Source: Elusimicrobiota bacterium (GTDB lineage: Bacteria > Elusimicrobiota > UBA8919). Taken from it: a stretch of DNA of 10,951 nt. Made by a program: the position numbers and the translations under genes. Within the stretch, counting starts at the first letter, position 1. Every line of letters begins with the position of its first letter. Positions 8,749-10,951 of the stretch are shown here, piece by piece. Location of the stretch: the NCBI GenBank assembly GCA_043816185.1, contig JBDRIG010000086.1, forward strand, positions 1 through 10,951, in the 5' to 3' direction. The notes beneath the pieces are model-generated. The model saw only the letters and a program-made list of their open reading frames with translations. It was not told the DNA's origin and searched no databases.

Positions 8749-8785
8749 AAAAAAAAAGGTCGGGAAGCAATTTCCGACCTTTTTT
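8749..8785 (+). terminator. Rho-independent terminator of groESL, potentially bidirectional
   Basis: Stem AGGTCGGGAA / TTTCCGACCT (one G-U) with a GCAA loop, a T-run after and an A-run before. Confidence 0.9.
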
Positions 8786-8808
8786 ATTATCAGAAAATAA
8801 AAAAACAC

Positions 8809-8837
8809 TTGACAAAATATAGATTTTGTATTATACT
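8809..8837 (+). promoter_or_regulatory. Sigma70 promoter with an overlapping dyad (candidate operator) upstream of the MerR-REC gene
   Basis: TTGACA (8809-8814), 17 bp, TATACT (8832-8837). ACAAAAT-ATAG-ATTTTGT at 8812-8829. Confidence 0.7.
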
Positions 8838-8992
8838 TCAAGCTGTCAGCAGGCAATGCGATCAAAAAGTGGAGTTTTTTTTTGAGTAAAAGCTAAACCA
8901 AACAGCTTAGGTTGATTTTGTGTTTTTGTAGTAATTGGAAACCGAATCCAACGTCGATTTGTTTTTTTTGTGTAAGTTGGTGAGAGATAGAT

Positions 8993-9604
8993 ATGCCAAA
9001 TATAAAAATTTCTGAAATTTCACAAAAGGCGGACGTTCCGCTAAGTACAATTAGGCACTATACTGATCTTGGGATTCTTGAAGTATCCGATAAGACGGAT
9101 GGTGGGCAACGGCTTTATGACGAAGAAAGAACGCTTGAGCAACTAGTCAGGATTAAACATTTATCGTATCGTGGCTACACGCTTTCCCAAATAAAGGAAA
9201 TGTTTGAATCTGGTGAAATTAAAAGACGAATTCTTATTATTGATGACGATCTAGATGTCGTAGATTTAATCAAAGCAATTCTTATAGACGAAAGTTGGGA
9301 ATTCAAGCATGCGAGCGATGGCTTTGAGGCGGGAAAAATCCTACTTGATTACTTACCAGATTTAATTACATTGGATTTAGTTATGCCAGGGATGGATGGA
9401 TTTAAAGTGTGTCAAAATATTCGAAATGACCCTCTTACTAAGAACATAAAAATTCTTTCAATAACGGCTTACGATACATCTGAATATAAGGAAAAGATTT
9501 TGCAGGTTGGTGCAGACGAATACCTTCCAAAGCCGTTCACCCCGGAAGAACTACGCATGAAAATAAAGTTAATGTTTAATGAGTCCTCTGTTGATTACAA
9601 ATAG
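8993..9604 (+). CDS. Response regulator with an N-terminal MerR-type HTH and a C-terminal receiver domain
   Basis: ISEISQKADVPLSTIRHYTDLGIL...GGQRLY...GYTLSQIK (MerR HTH). ILIIDDD...PDLITLDLVMPGMDG...ITA...GADEYLPKPF (REC domain with Asp, Thr and Lys intact). Confidence 0.9.
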   Translation: MPNIKISEISQKADVPLSTIRHYTDLGILEVSDKTDGGQRLYDEERTLEQLVRIKHLSYRGYTLSQIKEMFESGEIKRRILIIDDDLDVVDLIKAILIDESWEFKHASDGFEAGKILLDYLPDLITLDLVMPGMDGFKVCQNIRNDPLTKNIKILSITAYDTSEYKEKILQVGADEYLPKPFTPEELRMKIKLMFNESSVDYK

Positions 9605-9704
9605 TAAAAAAGCGTAATTTTTATAAAACGTAAACTGTCGAAAAAACAAAAGTTCCTTGAAACAACAACGAAACTGCATGGAAATTGTGAAAAGCCATTG
9701 CATT

Positions 9705-9846
9705 GAGACTGTGTTGTAATTCCACTTTTGGTCATTGCGTGTGCCGATTTATCGGCTCGTGGCAATCTCTTTCCGACGAGAAATGTTTTAAAGATTGCTC
9801 CGCTTCGCTCGTAACGACACACATTTTGCTATTGCGACACAGTCTG
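9705..9846. mobile_element. MITE-like element, copy C (most complete) with a REP-like branched palindromic core
   Basis: Ends GAGACTGTGTTGTAA (9705-9719) and TTGCGACACAGTCTG (9832-9846). Internal pairings GTCATTGCGTG/CTCGTAACGAC, GCCGAT-TT-ATCGGC and GCAATCT/AGATTGC. Confidence 0.8.
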
Positions 9847-9887
9847 CATGACAAAATCGTTTATCTTAAAACTGTCAGATTATCAAT

Positions 9888-10760
9888 ATGAAATTACATA
9901 GCTATTTTATTGTGATGTTTTTACTCTCTTTACCAGCCCGACTTTTATCAGCTGCGCCAGATATGCCTTCAAACCTTGCACAGTTAAACGATTCTGGTAA
10001 TATACTGGTGTCGATGGAGTGGTCTACCTCGTCAGTAATAGTATCCTCGTTTACATTATCAGATCAAGAAAACAATCAAGTGAAGTTTCACATACAGGTA
10101 ACTTCACAAACATCTGGTGATATTGCTGATTGGTCACTGCTTGTATTTTCTTATACCTCATCGTTAATTTCAACCGGTACAACTAATTATATGTGGCCTG
10201 CATTAGCCGATAAGGCAACATATTGGTGGCGAGTGTGGTGCGAAGATGAAGGTGGCCTTACATCAAGCACATCTACAGTGTTGGGTGTAGATGGTGCTGC
10301 AAAATTGGGTTTTGAGCCAGTTTTAAGTGTAAATATTATCTTAGAAACACCTTACGATTTTGCTGAAGTTGCGCTTGGTGCATCAACACAGACAATATCA
10401 GTAATTTCGGTTCAAAATGATGGAAATACTCCTGAAACTTTTGCAATAAAATGTGAAACAAACACAGTTGGAAGCCCATGGTATCCTGGGCCAACACAAG
10501 GTGCGGACAGGTTTGTGCTAAAAGCACTATTTAATTCTAATCAACCTGCAATTAGTTCATTTGCTGGAGATGATGTTGTTTCGTCGGGTACGTATACAAC
10601 AAGTTCTGCCAGTGTATTTTCTATTGACGGTAGTTATGCTGGTAGTAGTATATCTGCAAATGTTATAAAAAATTTGTGGCTTCGACTTGATATGCCGACA
10701 ACATCTCAAACTGCTGAAGAACAAGGTATGATTTTATATATTCGCGCAGAAAGTCCATAA
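9888..10760 (+). CDS. Hypothetical secreted Ser/Thr-rich beta-sandwich protein (Fn3/Ig-like appearance)
   Basis: Signal-peptide-like N-terminus ending ..LLSA|AP. 'LADKATYWWRVWCED' resembles the Fn3-type L..x.TY.WRV..D strand. The second domain YDF..V..G....I.V.NDGN has an Ig-like pattern. Confidence 0.7.
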   Translation: MKLHSYFIVMFLLSLPARLLSAAPDMPSNLAQLNDSGNILVSMEWSTSSVIVSSFTLSDQENNQVKFHIQVTSQTSGDIADWSLLVFSYTSSLISTGTTNYMWPALADKATYWWRVWCEDEGGLTSSTSTVLGVDGAAKLGFEPVLSVNIILETPYDFAEVALGASTQTISVISVQNDGNTPETFAIKCETNTVGSPWYPGPTQGADRFVLKALFNSNQPAISSFAGDDVVSSGTYTTSSASVFSIDGSYAGSSISANVIKNLWLRLDMPTTSQTAEEQGMILYIRAESP

Positions 10761-10812
10761 AAAAGTAATGAATGACAAATAGCATATAACGGAAAAGAGA
10801 AAAATATAATAT

Positions 10813-10951
10813 GAGACCGTTGAAAAACCCCTAAAAGTTCTTGGGCATAATTACCGTCGGGATTACCGATGAGAAAATATTTGACTTTTCACTCCGGAAT
10901 TGGTATAATTTTACCGATGGCAAATCCAAAATTCCGGAGGCGAAAATGTAT
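10813..10951 (+). mobile_element. Possible left end of an insertion sequence (TIR, promoter, RBS and start of a putative transposase), truncated by the window edge
   Basis: GAGACCGTTGAAAAA resembles IS5/IS1182-type ends (from recollection of these families). It is followed by a strong promoter, a GGAGG RBS (10936-10940) and ATG 10946. Only two codons are visible. Confidence 0.4.
10881..10909 (+). promoter_or_regulatory. Sigma70 promoter for the gene starting at 10946
   Basis: TTGACT (10881-10886), 17 bp, TATAAT (10904-10909). Confidence 0.75.

Noticed and set aside
8840..8992. Riboswitch or ncRNA in the long leader of the MerR-REC gene
   Set aside because: Only weak 5-6 bp stems and T-runs are present. 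I could not match c-di-GMP or other riboswitch consensus by eye, and an Rfam/Infernal scan would be needed.
9595..9891. Small ORFs 9595-9822 (-) and 9703-9891 (+)
   Set aside because: They overlap MITE copy C and have no clear RBS or protein motif.

Overview
AT-rich bacterial window with every supported gene on the + strand. It starts with the tail of an unknown CDS and two type IV pilin/pseudopilin-like genes (PilW-like and PilX-like). These are followed by nadC, a short biotin-protein ligase (birA), a small membrane protein, a membrane-anchored CBM48/AMPK-type glycogen-binding protein, type III pantothenate kinase (coaX), a probable outer-membrane beta-barrel, groES-groEL with promoter and terminator, a MerR-HTH plus receiver-domain regulator, and a secreted beta-rich protein. 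The right edge looks like the left end of an IS element. The most notable features are non-coding or sub-genic. A ~140-bp MITE-like family (ends GAGACTGTGTCGCAA...TTGCGACACAGTCTC around a REP-like branched palindrome) occurs three times, and one copy contains a nested second element with the same ends. Palindromic or short-period DNA appears to be inserted in frame in the housekeeping enzymes BirA, CoaX and NadC. The groEL 3' end is duplicated in tandem, a dyad sits in the promoter spacer of the MerR-REC gene, and a hairpin can sequester the RBS at the putative IS end. All protein calls come from motif recognition by eye, with no database searches.
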